53,629 nucleotides of DNA from a virus (IMGVR_UViG_3300039000_000007:1-53629); one strand, 5' to 3'. Positions 38,399 to 47,547 are shown, numbered from the stretch's first letter. Made by a program: numbers and translations. The notes: generated by a model not told the origin, from the letters alone.

Positions 38399-38625
38399 TG
38401 GGTGGGGATCCTGTCGAAGGTGTCGGCGATGTCGTGGGCTATTTCCATGGGCTCATCCAAGATGTAGGTAATCAGGCCACCGAGATCTTCTGTGGTGCTG
38501 TTATTGGGGAGGCGGTAGCCCATGCGCTCGATGCGGGCAATGTGGGTGTAGGCGACAGGGTCGTCATCCCGGGCAAGGACAAAGCGGATATCGATGAAGC
38601 CCTCGTCGGGGCGGAGCTCAGGCAC
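38395..38625 (-). CDS. Hypothetical protein
   Basis: 76 aa, FIDIRFV. Confidence 0.6.
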   Translation of the reverse strand: MPELRPDEGFIDIRFVLARDDDPVAYTHIARIERMGYRLPNNSTTEDLGGLITYILDEPMEIAHDIADTFDRIPTQ

Positions 38626-38869
38626 TGGGGGTCCTTTCGTAGGGGTTGGTGGGCGGAAACTGTGGTGGGTGGGCGGTGGTGATCAGTTCGGCCACATACT
38701 GCATGCCCTTGTTCTGACCGATTCGGTAGGCTTCGGCGAGGGCGTCCATGATATCTATGGCGAAGGATTCGCGGTCGGACAGGTTCTTGGACTCGGCGAT
38801 CTTGCGTTCGACCTTGTCCAGAACGGACTCGTAGATTTCGTTATAGCTGGGAGACGATGTTGAGGACAT
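38618..38869 (-). CDS. Hypothetical protein (NPY family)
   Basis: MSSTSSPSYNEIY...AEAYRIG...TNPY; start position approximate. Confidence 0.6.
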   Translation of the reverse strand: MSSTSSPSYNEIYESVLDKVERKIAESKNLSDRESFAIDIMDALAEAYRIGQNKGMQYVAELITTAHPPQFPPTNPYERTPSA

Positions 38870-39098
38870 CGGGATCCTCCCGGTAGGGGTTGTGGTTGGT
38901 CCATGTAGTAGAACCGGCAAAGCCGGAGTCCTGTTCCTCGCAGGCGGTGAACGCTTCGTCGTAGGCAGACTCCATGAGGGACAAGATGGTGCGGGTGAGC
39001 TCGATCTTCTCGTTGCCGAAAAGGTATTGCCATGCCCTGACTTCGTCGCGCAGTCTCTCGTAGACTTCGATGAAAGTCTTGGCAGCGGGACTCATCAC
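38841..39098 (-). CDS. Hypothetical protein (NPY family)
   Basis: 85 aa; EVYE...ESAYDEAF...HNPY. Confidence 0.6.
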   Translation of the reverse strand: MMSPAAKTFIEVYERLRDEVRAWQYLFGNEKIELTRTILSLMESAYDEAFTACEEQDSGFAGSTTWTNHNPYREDPDVLNIVSQL

Positions 39099-39676
39099 TT
39101 TTCCCAGTCGGTGTAGGGGTTGGTCTCAGCGGTTTCCATGCCGAAGTCGAAGCCCTCGTTGAAGGCGGAGGAGAGGAGCTCCATCAGTTCCTTGGCGGCG
39201 AACTCGAAGTCCTGTTCACGCGCGGCGACACGGAGGATGGCCAGAGCGTCGTAGACGCTGGTGAGGTTAGTGCTGTAGTCCGACTGGGCGGGTATGGCTA
39301 CTGGCGTGTGGGTCACGGTTTCCTTTGGGGCGGTAGTGATGTAGTTGTTGGCAGTGTTGGTGGTGATCGTCGGGTCGGGAGGGGCGGGCTTGAAGTATAT
39401 GTCAAAGAGGGGCTGGGAGATCCAACCGATGTCTCCGTTATCAGCATACACATATATTACGGAGGCTGGGGCCACCCAATTTCTGACCCCGTTAAGGCGG
39501 TTGACTCCGATGAGCTCATAGGCTCCGCCAGCGGCGTTGGCGTTGGCATGGGGATGCGCCTCGCGGTTGAGGAAGTCGATGATCTCTGTCTGGTTGGAGC
39601 GGTCTTTGAGGTAACGGACAGGGTAGACGGTACGTCCGGTATCGTTCACGGAGACATAAGGTTTCAGGAGCGGCAT
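39095..39676 (-). CDS. Two-domain hypothetical protein (C-terminal NPY-family domain)
   Basis: 193 aa; AAGGA RBS and upstream TTGCAT-17-TATACT. Confidence 0.7.
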   Translation of the reverse strand: MPLLKPYVSVNDTGRTVYPVRYLKDRSNQTEIIDFLNREAHPHANANAAGGAYELIGVNRLNGVRNWVAPASVIYVYADNGDIGWISQPLFDIYFKPAPPDPTITTNTANNYITTAPKETVTHTPVAIPAQSDYSTNLTSVYDALAILRVAAREQDFEFAAKELMELLSSAFNEGFDFGMETAETNPYTDWEK

Positions 39677-39799
39677 AGAGAAGTCCTTGCATTCGGAGTG
39701 GTTGTTGGCTCTTCCCTAGTATAGCCAACCGTACACTGGAATGCAAGGACCTCTTGTGTATGTATGAGGGTGGTGCGTGGTGGTGGTGTGTGAGGATCC

Positions 39800-40297
39800 T
39801 TAGGCCTCGTCGTTGTCGGTTTCGTCGGGGTCCGTTACGCGCATGCCTGCGTTGTAGAAGGACTCGGCGATGTTCTGGCTGGCCTGTGTACGGGTGCGCT
39901 TGGCCCGGTTCGGCTGGGTGGAGAGGTATGCTTCCTCCAGCAGCTGGATCTGGCGCAGCCGGTGCTTGGCCTCAGCCCGTGTTCGGGCCTCACGTTCCTC
40001 TCGCTCGTGGGCTTTTCGGAGGATGATCTCGCGACGGATGGAGAGTGCTTCCAGTGCCGCGATGGCACGGTAACGGATTTCCCCGTCCGACTGGGAGATG
40101 TCGGAGGCGATTTCCTCGGGGGAGCCGTACGCCTCATCCAGAGGGGGAGCATCACCGAGAAGGGCGAGAGCGATGTGCAGTCGGTCATCCTCGGTGGGGG
40201 TGAAGTCGATCTCGTGTCCGTTGGAATCGAGTTCGATGTGGGTGGCGTTGATCTTGAGTAGTGTGTCGCCGTCTTGGGCGGTCTGGAATGTTCTCAT
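39800..40297 (-). CDS. Hypothetical protein
   Basis: 165 aa, leaderless after TTGACA-17-TACCTT. Confidence 0.7.
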   Translation of the reverse strand: MRTFQTAQDGDTLLKINATHIELDSNGHEIDFTPTEDDRLHIALALLGDAPPLDEAYGSPEEIASDISQSDGEIRYRAIAALEALSIRREIILRKAHEREEREARTRAEAKHRLRQIQLLEEAYLSTQPNRAKRTRTQASQNIAESFYNAGMRVTDPDETDNDEA

Positions 40298-40560
40298 AGC
40301 TCAAAGGTACAGGGAGGTCAAATCGGTGTCAAGGGGTGGGTAGGATTTGTTTTTGGGGGTGGACATGGGTGTATGGTAGCGAATAAATTTTGCAAAATTT
40401 GGTGAGTTGGCACCGCGTAGTCCCAGCGGCACCCCCGGGTGCAAAATAAAAACACCGCAACCGCATTTCAAGCCCGATACCCGGCGGCACCGCAGGACCC
40501 CACCTAGCAACACCATGGCATACCGTTGCGGTTGCAAATCTTACAAAAGTCCGCGAGCGC

Positions 40561-40850
<290 letters not shown>

Positions 40851-40884
40851 ACCCAAAATTAACGGCCCCCTGCCCCAAACCGGG

Positions 40885-41140
40885 CACCCCCCGAAACTGC
40901 AGCCCGTAAAAAATCAGCCCCCGAAACAGGACCCGTTATTTTTCACCCCCCAAAAAAACACCCGGTCCCAGCTGCAGCCCGTCAAAAAACACAGCCCTTG
41001 AAAAAACACGGTCCAAAAAATACCCGTCCAAATCTGCAGCCCGACAAAAAACACCCCGAAATATCAGCCCCCGAAAAGATCACCCGCCAACCTGCAGCCG
41101 GAAAAATACCCCACAGCTGGGGACCCCGAAAATAAAACGG
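40885..41140. repeat. Four CTGCAGCC(C)G repeats interleaved with C-run/A-tract words
   Basis: Copies at 40897, 40972, 41034 and 41092; ATCAGCCCCCGAAA at 40913 and 41063. Confidence 0.75.
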
Positions 41141-41205
41141 GAATTTTTAGATGATCCGTTCGCCCTGGCTTTACATCCATATATCTTTACGGACATAATG
41201 GATAC

Positions 41206-41736
41206 ATGAACACCAAAGCAGCCCGCCGCCTAGCGCGTAACCTCATGATCCAACACCACCTAGCCGCGTGGCAACTCACGTTCATGAATCACAACACCAT
41301 CGCCGCCCAGACTACACACAGTACACACACCATCACGCTAGCCGTGGAGTACGCACAGGCCTACACGCCGGACCAGCTGACACAGCTAATGCTTCACGAG
41401 ATTGCACACGCCCAGCGGGGACCCACCCAGACACCGCACGACACCAAGTGGTTACAAACAGCCCGCCGTCTCGGATATCTGCACGGCGCGACTATGCCCG
41501 CCCACTACCCGAGCCCCGTGATTCGTTGGGACATCATCTGCACCACTACAGGCGAGATACACCAGACCACTACTGCGCCGCCTGAGGATCACTCTTGCAA
41601 ACTTTGCAATAGCCCGGAGTGCACCCCGGACATCCAGCGTCGCCAGATAGTCCGCCAAGACATCCATAACATCCAGCCCCCCGAACACATATCGCCCAGT
41701 TTCCGCCGCCTGAAAAAACTTTTCACACGGGCTTGA
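41206..41736 (+). CDS. SprT-like zinc metalloprotease
   Basis: MLHEIAHA (HExxH), HD..W...A..LG and Cys pairs; leaderless after TTTACA-18-CATAAT. Confidence 0.8.
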   Translation: MNTKAARRLARNLMIQHHLAAWQLTFMNHNTIAAQTTHSTHTITLAVEYAQAYTPDQLTQLMLHEIAHAQRGPTQTPHDTKWLQTARRLGYLHGATMPAHYPSPVIRWDIICTTTGEIHQTTTAPPEDHSCKLCNSPECTPDIQRRQIVRQDIHNIQPPEHISPSFRRLKKLFTRA

Positions 41737-41776
41737 CATCTGTATATGTGACTGCAATAATTGATACATCAGCAAG
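41733..41776 (+). promoter_or_regulatory. SigA-type promoter with TGATACATCAGCAAG start motif
   Basis: TTGACA-17-AATAAT-TGATACATCAGCAAG; related copies at 41993, 43428 and 43807. Confidence 0.75.
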
Positions 41777-41797
41777 TTTCCCCCTAAGGAGCACATC

Positions 41798-41989
41798 ATG
41801 TCCGGTCAGACAGTAACTTTTCTCACAGTCATCGCAGCCATCGTCTTCGCAGCCGCCACGGGCCTTTGGATCCTCGCCATTATCGCCGCCGTTGTCATCG
41901 TTGGCACACACTGCGCAGTCTGGACCGCCATTGATGTCCGCCGTGAAGCTGCCCGCCGCGCCAACTTTGTATCGCCGCTCGCACGATAG
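41798..41989 (+). CDS. Small membrane protein
   Basis: 63 aa, hydrophobic, AAGGAG RBS. Confidence 0.7.
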   Translation: MSGQTVTFLTVIAAIVFAAATGLWILAIIAAVVIVGTHCAVWTAIDVRREAARRANFVSPLAR

Positions 41990-42061
41990 CACTTGACATC
42001 TATATACATTAGATGCAATAATTAATACATCAGCAAGATTCACCCAAACAAAGGACACACA

Positions 42062-42457
42062 ATGGACATCCTCTCAGCTGCAAACCTCCTCGTTTCCTCC
42101 ACCCTCGCCGACGGCGGCGCGTCGATGGATCCCAAAACTGGCCAGCTGGCAACCGAGTCCATTACCCTAGTGGGCGGTGCAACCGACATCACGGGCAACC
42201 GAGTAGCTGAAACGTCCATCCCAGTCGATGACTTCACCCCGGAATATGCCGCCTCTTACATCCGCCGTCACACTGTACTCGCCAAAGATTCATACATCGG
42301 AACGTGGATCGAAAATGGCCGCGTCATCCTCGACGCATCCGACGCATTCACTTCCCTCTCACTCGCCCTCTTTATCGCACAGGAACGCGGTGAGCGCGCG
42401 GTGTACACCATCGGCGTAGGGGAGACTGCAGTAGCCCCCGTAGTCTTCACGTTCTAA
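42062..42457 (+). CDS. Hypothetical protein
   Basis: 131 aa; YIGTW...G.V.LD.S...E.AVY; own promoter and RBS. Confidence 0.75.
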   Translation: MDILSAANLLVSSTLADGGASMDPKTGQLATESITLVGGATDITGNRVAETSIPVDDFTPEYAASYIRRHTVLAKDSYIGTWIENGRVILDASDAFTSLSLALFIAQERGERAVYTIGVGETAVAPVVFTF

Positions 42458-42473
42458 CACCCCACAAGATAGG

Positions 42474-42504
42474 CCCCGCCACACCACGGCGGGGTCTCTT
42501 CTTT
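42474..42504 (+). terminator. Rho-independent terminator
   Basis: CCCCGCC/GGCGGGG stem followed by TCTCTTCTTT. Confidence 0.7.
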
Positions 42505-42584
42505 ACCACACCATCACTTGACGCCCGTCTATCCTGTATGCTTTAATTGTTCTAACAGACTTCCACAAACAAAGGACACCCGCC

Positions 42585-43367
42585 ATGCGCATCCTCTCAG
42601 CCCTCACCATCGCAGCCGCCTTAGCACTCACAGCTTGTGCCCCGGCCACAGCCCCCGCCCCTACTACAGCCACACAGTCCGTAACCTCCACCATCCCGGA
42701 CACCTTCAAGGTCTCCACACCTGCAGCACCTGCAGTACCTGTAGCCCCCGCCGTTGCAAATCTTGCAAACACAGATCAGCCTGCGCTCGACACGATCACA
42801 GCCCCCACACCTTGTGAGGAAGATCAGCCGTGTTGGAACTGTGAAACCATGGGTAACCACATTTGCGGCCCCGCCGTCATCCCTGCAGCTGCCCCTGTAG
42901 CTATCCCGGTCAAGATTGTCACCGTGTCTGTCCAGCCTGTAGCTGCCACTGTAGCGGCCCCCCAGCCCGTCAAGGCCCAGACACCCGCCCCCGTTGCTGC
43001 CAAGCCCACACAGCCCGCTGCAGCCCCCGTTACGTGTGAATCTAAGGGACTCATCACGGCGGAAGATAAGACTTGCGTATCGTCCGACTTCTACGCCGCT
43101 GTACCTTGTGACTCCCTCAAGCTCGGAGACGGCGGAACAACACAGCAGCACAACTGCATTCCGACTCCTAAGGCATTCGTCTACTCTGCTCCCGGAAGCT
43201 CAACCTGCACCGTCGACCTCATCCCCGCCTCAGCTACTCCGCTCCCCTGCGACCTTACAAAAGTTGTAACCGCTCACGTCCCGGTCCCGGGTATCGACCT
43301 CGCTTGCACCATCGCGCTCCCGACCTACACCAAGCCGCTCCCTTGCTGGTACACCACCATGGGCTAG
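42585..43367 (+). CDS. Pro/Ala/Thr-rich putative lipoprotein with Cys motifs
   Basis: Signal peptide with LTAC lipobox; PCEEDQPCWNCETMGNHICG. Confidence 0.75.
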   Translation: MRILSALTIAAALALTACAPATAPAPTTATQSVTSTIPDTFKVSTPAAPAVPVAPAVANLANTDQPALDTITAPTPCEEDQPCWNCETMGNHICGPAVIPAAAPVAIPVKIVTVSVQPVAATVAAPQPVKAQTPAPVAAKPTQPAAAPVTCESKGLITAEDKTCVSSDFYAAVPCDSLKLGDGGTTQQHNCIPTPKAFVYSAPGSSTCTVDLIPASATPLPCDLTKVVTAHVPVPGIDLACTIALPTYTKPLPCWYTTMG

Positions 43368-43388
43368 CCCACACAGCCTCAACCAAGG

Positions 43389-43417
43389 ATGCCCCGCTAC
43401 GGCGGGGTATTTCTTTT
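43389..43417 (+). terminator. Rho-independent terminator
   Basis: ATGCCCCGC TACG GCGGGGTAT followed by TTCTTTT. Confidence 0.75.
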
Positions 43418-43493
43418 GCCCCACTACTTGACACCCTTGTATGTTGTGTGAGATAGTTGATACATCAGCAAGAATCAAACAAAGGAACACACC

Positions 43494-43751
43494 ATGCTTC
43501 TCGCCAACGTCCCCGCCATCGTCAAGGCCTTCACTAACAAAGAGACTGCTTTCGACATCGCGACTACCTATGACAAGGCCTATGTTTCCATGGCCCACAC
43601 ACAGTTCGAAGCAGACATCCGCCTCACCTTCGCCCCTGAGGGCGTCACGGTCACGGCCTACGCCGCCAACTCTCAGCCGTTCGAACTGTTCTCCCCGGCC
43701 TACAATAACTTTGTCTGCCATAACCTCGTTGCCCTGCAGCTCCACAACTAA
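43494..43751 (+). CDS. Hypothetical protein
   Basis: 85 aa, own promoter and RBS. Confidence 0.7.
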   Translation: MLLANVPAIVKAFTNKETAFDIATTYDKAYVSMAHTQFEADIRLTFAPEGVTVTAYAANSQPFELFSPAYNNFVCHNLVALQLHN

Positions 43752-43764
43752 CCAACAACACTAG

Positions 43765-43797
43765 ATATCCTCCGCCACAAGCGGGGGATATTTTTTT
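43765..43797 (+). terminator. Rho-independent terminator
   Basis: ATATCCTCCGC/GCGGGGGATAT followed by a T-run. Confidence 0.75.
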
Positions 43798-43870
43798 GCC
43801 CTGCACTAGACAAGCATCCATGCTGTGTGCAATAATTGATACATCAGCAAGAAACACTAAGGAGCTCAAA

Positions 43871-44164
43871 ATGTCAGACATCAAAGTGACCCCCGGTTTC
43901 TACCTCGTCAACGCAGGCGCATTCAAGGTCAAGATGTCCAAGGAGTCAGGCCGACTCTACGCAATGAAGCTCGACCTCGACACGGGCAAGTTCGAATATG
44001 ACAAGGGCGCTATCTTCAACCTCCGCCCCGAGACTCGGATGACCAAGGAGCAAGCTGCAGCCTACGGACGGAAAACAGGGGTTTGCATGATTTGCAATCG
44101 GACCCTCACGGACCCCAAGTCCATCGCACAGGGCATCGGCCCGATCTGCATCAAAGGTTTCTAG
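43871..44164 (+). CDS. DUF6011-like Zn-ribbon protein
   Basis: G.CMICNRTLTDPKSIAQGIGPIC; AAGGAG RBS before the ATG at 43871. Confidence 0.8.
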   Translation: MSDIKVTPGFYLVNAGAFKVKMSKESGRLYAMKLDLDTGKFEYDKGAIFNLRPETRMTKEQAAAYGRKTGVCMICNRTLTDPKSIAQGIGPICIKGF

Positions 44165-44173
44165 CCCCACCAG

Positions 44174-44202
44174 ATACCCCGCCCATCAAGCGGGGTATTT
44201 TT
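44174..44202 (+). terminator. Terminator at the convergence point
   Basis: ATACCCCGC/GCGGGGTAT followed by TTTT. Confidence 0.75.
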
Positions 44203-44222
44203 ATGTCCGCCAACAGCCCATT

Positions 44223-44300
44223 TATTTTTGCCGTCCCCCGGTGACCCTGCTCCCGTGGGCTTCATAACTCAAGTTTAAGCCCAGGATACACACTTGTCAA
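44223..44300 (-). ncRNA. Putative promoter-driven short RNA, copy A (TATGAAGC family)
   Basis: TTGACA-17-TAAACT followed by TATGAAGC...GCAGGGTCACCGGGGGAC...AAAAATA. Confidence 0.4.
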
Positions 44301-44353
44301 CCCACACCACAAAAGAGCCCCGGACCACTTAAGCAGCCCGGGACCCCCTGCAG

Positions 44354-44506
44354 TTACTTCCGGTTGACCAGATCAGCCACCAATACGAACACGGACACAA
44401 CGGCCCAGAAGATTCCATACTGCAGTTGATACATCGCCGCCATCACGAAAGCAAACAACAGCAGCGCCGTTGCAAGAATTACAAACCAGCGCGCCCGCCT
44501 AAGCAT
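44354..44506 (-). CDS. Small membrane protein (50 aa)
   Basis: MLRRARWFVILATALLLFAF..., two TM segments, overlaps the upstream stop. Confidence 0.6.
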   Translation of the reverse strand: MLRRARWFVILATALLLFAFVMAAMYQLQYGIFWAVVSVFVLVADLVNRK

Positions 44507-44990
44507 TCGGTGCCTCGGACATCATGGCCTCGTACTCCTCGTCGGACATCTCAGCCCACGGCTCGGCCTCCGAAGGTCCGTTAAACCCATGAACCCCGAA
44601 GGCCCAGTTACGTTCTGCGACCTCGGCCTTAGGCCCGTCGTCAATCGCGAGCATGTCTGTCCAGACACCCATGGCCGCGTTGTGCCATTTCTTACCACGT
44701 GTCTCGGTCAGAGCGTTCTTGAAATTGTCGTAGTTCAGGTAGTTCAATACCTCAAACTGCAGGAACAAAACGAACGTAGCTTTGCTGACGGTCACACGCC
44801 AACGATAGTCACCCGGCACCGACACGATGTCCGGACGTACGAACTTCTCATCGTCCGCCACACCAGTCAGTTCGATACCTTCCAGCATTGTCTCAAGACT
44901 CTGCTTATCCCGTGCGCGGACCATCACAAGGTCCGGATCATCTCGGTGCTGTACGGCGGATACAAATCCGCCTGACGTAAATACCCACAT
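44499..44990 (-). CDS. Hypothetical phage protein
   Basis: MWVFT.GGFVSAV..VRARD..DYRWR..YDNFK; GAGGAG RBS; promoter TTGACA-17-TATGAT. Confidence 0.75.
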   Translation of the reverse strand: MWVFTSGGFVSAVQHRDDPDLVMVRARDKQSLETMLEGIELTGVADDEKFVRPDIVSVPGDYRWRVTVSKATFVLFLQFEVLNYLNYDNFKNALTETRGKKWHNAAMGVWTDMLAIDDGPKAEVAERNWAFGVHGFNGPSEAEPWAEMSDEEYEAMMSEAPNA

Positions 44991-45119
44991 GTCAATCTCC
45001 TCTGTCCAGTTGGTTGGATCCAGTTCGATCCCTACAACAATCATACCGCCATACCCCTCGCGTGTCAACACAAACAACAAAGGACCCCGTAGGGTCCTCA
45101 GTCGCCGTGCTACGTCTTA

Positions 45120-45491
45120 CTATCCCTTAGCCGGTGTCTCGACCAGAGCCACAGCTGGCGCAGCCTCAGGAACGACTGCAGCCTGCGGCGTGGCCGTCTT
45201 AGACATCACTCCGAAGCTAGCCTCGACATTGCTCGCCACGGCTCGGAGCAGCGTGTTATAGACAGCTTGCTGCAGCCCGTACACGACGGGGAATGCATAC
45301 GCTACATTAGTCCAGTCCGATACCCCGCCCGTGAGTTCCTCATATACTACAGCGATTGCAAGACTTACAATCATTGCAACAGTGTTCTTAGTGCGTGAGG
45401 TCATCGCGGCGTGTGTGAATACAGCCGTGAGCAGTGGTGACGCAGCCACTACAGCTGCAGTGATGATGTTGAGTAGTGTGTTAGTGTCCAT
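45120..45491 (-). CDS. Holin-like membrane protein
   Basis: 123 aa, 2-3 TM segments, PLLTAV motif. Confidence 0.55.
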   Translation of the reverse strand: MDTNTLLNIITAAVVAASPLLTAVFTHAAMTSRTKNTVAMIVSLAIAVVYEELTGGVSDWTNVAYAFPVVYGLQQAVYNTLLRAVASNVEASFGVMSKTATPQAAVVPEAAPAVALVETPAKG

Positions 45492-45532
45492 CTCAGTTCC
45501 TTACTAGAGTTGTAAAAATTGCAACGCGTTAG

Positions 45533-46063
45533 TTAGCCGTGCACGATATTGAATATGCCGATACATACCGTCGCAGCCAATGCCAAGATAGACATGAGTT
45601 GCGCAGTCTCGGCGCGGCGAACGCCTATGGCTTCGCCCCCACCTTGCTTCTCAGCCTCGACCTTAGTCACGCGCTCCTTGATATCGTTCAGCGTACTGAT
45701 TACCCCGGCAATGGCCGTGGCATTAGTCATCGCCATTTGGTCTATCTGCTTCGCCGTCGCTGTCTCACTCTTTGCGATTGCTCGCTCACTAGCCGTCGTT
45801 TGCTCTTTAACGGCCTCTTTTTGCGCCGTCAGCGCAGCGTCCACAGCTTGCTTCGTATCGACTTTTTGCTCTGCCCTCTGGCGCTCGACCAACTCGAACT
45901 GGCGCTCGACGGAGCGGAATTTCTCAGCGGTATTTTGATCCAGCGCACCGATGACCAGTCCCATTTTTTCTTCGACAATGGCAATCTCGCGGTGAACTGT
46001 CTCCAGTGTTCGCACTGTCGGATCACCGGTCCACGGTAGATCGCCCGATGTCATTTCTTGCAC
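45533..46063 (-). CDS. Coiled-coil protein with C-terminal TM (lysis-cassette-type)
   Basis: KQAVDAALTAQKEAV...AIAKSETAT.KQIDQ; hydrophobic C-terminus; adjacent to the holin-like gene. Confidence 0.6.
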   Translation of the reverse strand: MQEMTSGDLPWTGDPTVRTLETVHREIAIVEEKMGLVIGALDQNTAEKFRSVERQFELVERQRAEQKVDTKQAVDAALTAQKEAVKEQTTASERAIAKSETATAKQIDQMAMTNATAIAGVISTLNDIKERVTKVEAEKQGGGEAIGVRRAETAQLMSILALAATVCIGIFNIVHG

Positions 46064-46280
46064 CAGCTTGTTGCACTGATTCCTATATCCACAGTCCTGC
46101 CCCCTACCTTAAACAAAGAAAAGCCGCCCTAACGGATGTCAGGTCGGCGTATTATCTTGCTAGTATATCATCAAAAGTAGGGCAGAATTGCAGCAGCCCC
46201 GCCGGGAGCTATCCTCCGACGGGGCCACGATGTTTGGTTTATGTAATCAGTCTAGCAGCATATACAACCTAGCGCAATAC

Positions 46281-46478
46281 CTACGGCCCGATAGTGAAGG
46301 CAAACAACAGGCCGGTCAAAGCTACAGCGATAAGCAGCAGCTGGCCTGCGGTACTGTCCAGCCACATATCCAACGACGTCCAGAACCTACCCAGAGTTTT
46401 CTGGAGCCTGCCCAGAGTTTCCGCGTTGTCCCGTTTCTTGGCCCGTCGTGCTGCCCCGGGTACTGTCTCAGCGTTCAT
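46281..46478 (-). CDS. Small membrane protein
   Basis: 65 aa, GAGGGAG RBS, hairpin promoter upstream. Confidence 0.65.
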   Translation of the reverse strand: MNAETVPGAARRAKKRDNAETLGRLQKTLGRFWTSLDMWLDSTAGQLLLIAVALTGLLFAFTIGP

Positions 46479-46505
46479 GATGCTCCCTCGTTGGTTGGTA
46501 ATACC

Positions 46506-46544
46506 AGCATACACGCCTAGGGCTGTGATGTCAACCCTAGACGT
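46506..46544 (-). promoter_or_regulatory. Hairpin-embedded promoter 1
   Basis: ACGTCTAGGG-TTGACAtcacag-CCCTAGGCGT-g-TATGCT. Confidence 0.7.
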
Positions 46545-46550
46545 TTTCAA

Positions 46551-47024
46551 CTAGTCTTCTTCGATACCACTATCTGTTCGGCGCAGCCGTTCGAATTCTT
46601 CGTTCTCAGCTGTTGACTCACCTTCGAACCACTCCGGGTGATCACCCCGGGTGCCCTCGATCAAGGCGTACAGGTTAGCCTCATCATCCTCCGTGTAGTC
46701 GCTCATGGTGTGCCAGTCATCGCCCTCGACTACGTGAGAAACAATTGATTCGATGTCCCGCCCTGCACCGTCGCTATCCTCGGCGGACTCTAGCAGCCTC
46801 CGTACAGCGTCAGGCGTGAAGATCCTGTATGCACAGCCATGCTTGGCCAGCAACGACCTAACGGTGATCATGTCCGCCTCACGCTCCGTCTCCGCGTCAA
46901 GTTCTTTTTTCAGGGCAAGAATTGCTTCCATGGTCCCGTTGAAATTGACGTCAGTGTAGTCCATCGACACAAGCTCATCCCGCAGTGTCTCAAGGTCGCG
47001 GCGTATCTGGTTCAGGTCTTTCAT
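46551..47024 (-). CDS. Hypothetical acidic protein
   Basis: 157 aa, AAGGGAG RBS. Confidence 0.7.
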   Translation of the reverse strand: MKDLNQIRRDLETLRDELVSMDYTDVNFNGTMEAILALKKELDAETEREADMITVRSLLAKHGCAYRIFTPDAVRRLLESAEDSDGAGRDIESIVSHVVEGDDWHTMSDYTEDDEANLYALIEGTRGDHPEWFEGESTAENEEFERLRRTDSGIEED

Positions 47025-47185
47025 GATGACTCCCTTGCTTTGTTGGTATTCTAATCATACACCCATGTAAACCCTGGCGCAACCTCTGCCCGTTATGAAT
47101 CTCGCGCCGGACCATGTAGCCTTGACAGCGGTAAGGTCCGGAGCTTGACCCCCTCGGCCCCGGACCTTACTTACAACTTTTACAA

Positions 47186-47500
47186 CTAGGCCTCAAGCTC
47201 CCGGCGCACTGCCGGTGCCTCGACCTCGCGCCCGGGGAGCTTGGACACGGCCAGCATGACGTCCAGCACGTCCTGTACCGACTGCCAGCCCAGCACGTCA
47301 TCCGTGACCGGCGTGGAGAAGTCAAGGTCTCCGTCAAGGTCCAGTACGGCTACCTCGAATAGTCCGGACTCCTTCGAACCATAGGTACCATAGCCTCGGA
47401 TGATGCTGACCCCTCGACCGTTAGGGAACGTTACGCGCTCACGTTGGATGCCCATGTCCTCAAGGATCTCGGGCGTTGCAATCTTTGCAATCTCAGTCAT
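47186..47500 (-). CDS. Hypothetical phage protein
   Basis: FPNGRGVSII..YG..GLFEVAVL...TPVTDDVLGW. Confidence 0.75.
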   Translation of the reverse strand: MTEIAKIATPEILEDMGIQRERVTFPNGRGVSIIRGYGTYGSKESGLFEVAVLDLDGDLDFSTPVTDDVLGWQSVQDVLDVMLAVSKLPGREVEAPAVRRELEA

Positions 47501-47547
47501 GATGTCTCCTCAGACGTAGCGGGTAGTTGGTACTTCAATTCTAAGCC

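Noticed and set aside
40386-40404. Additional TTGCAA pair site (also 50468)
   Set aside because: The second half-site has three or more mismatches, so it was not counted
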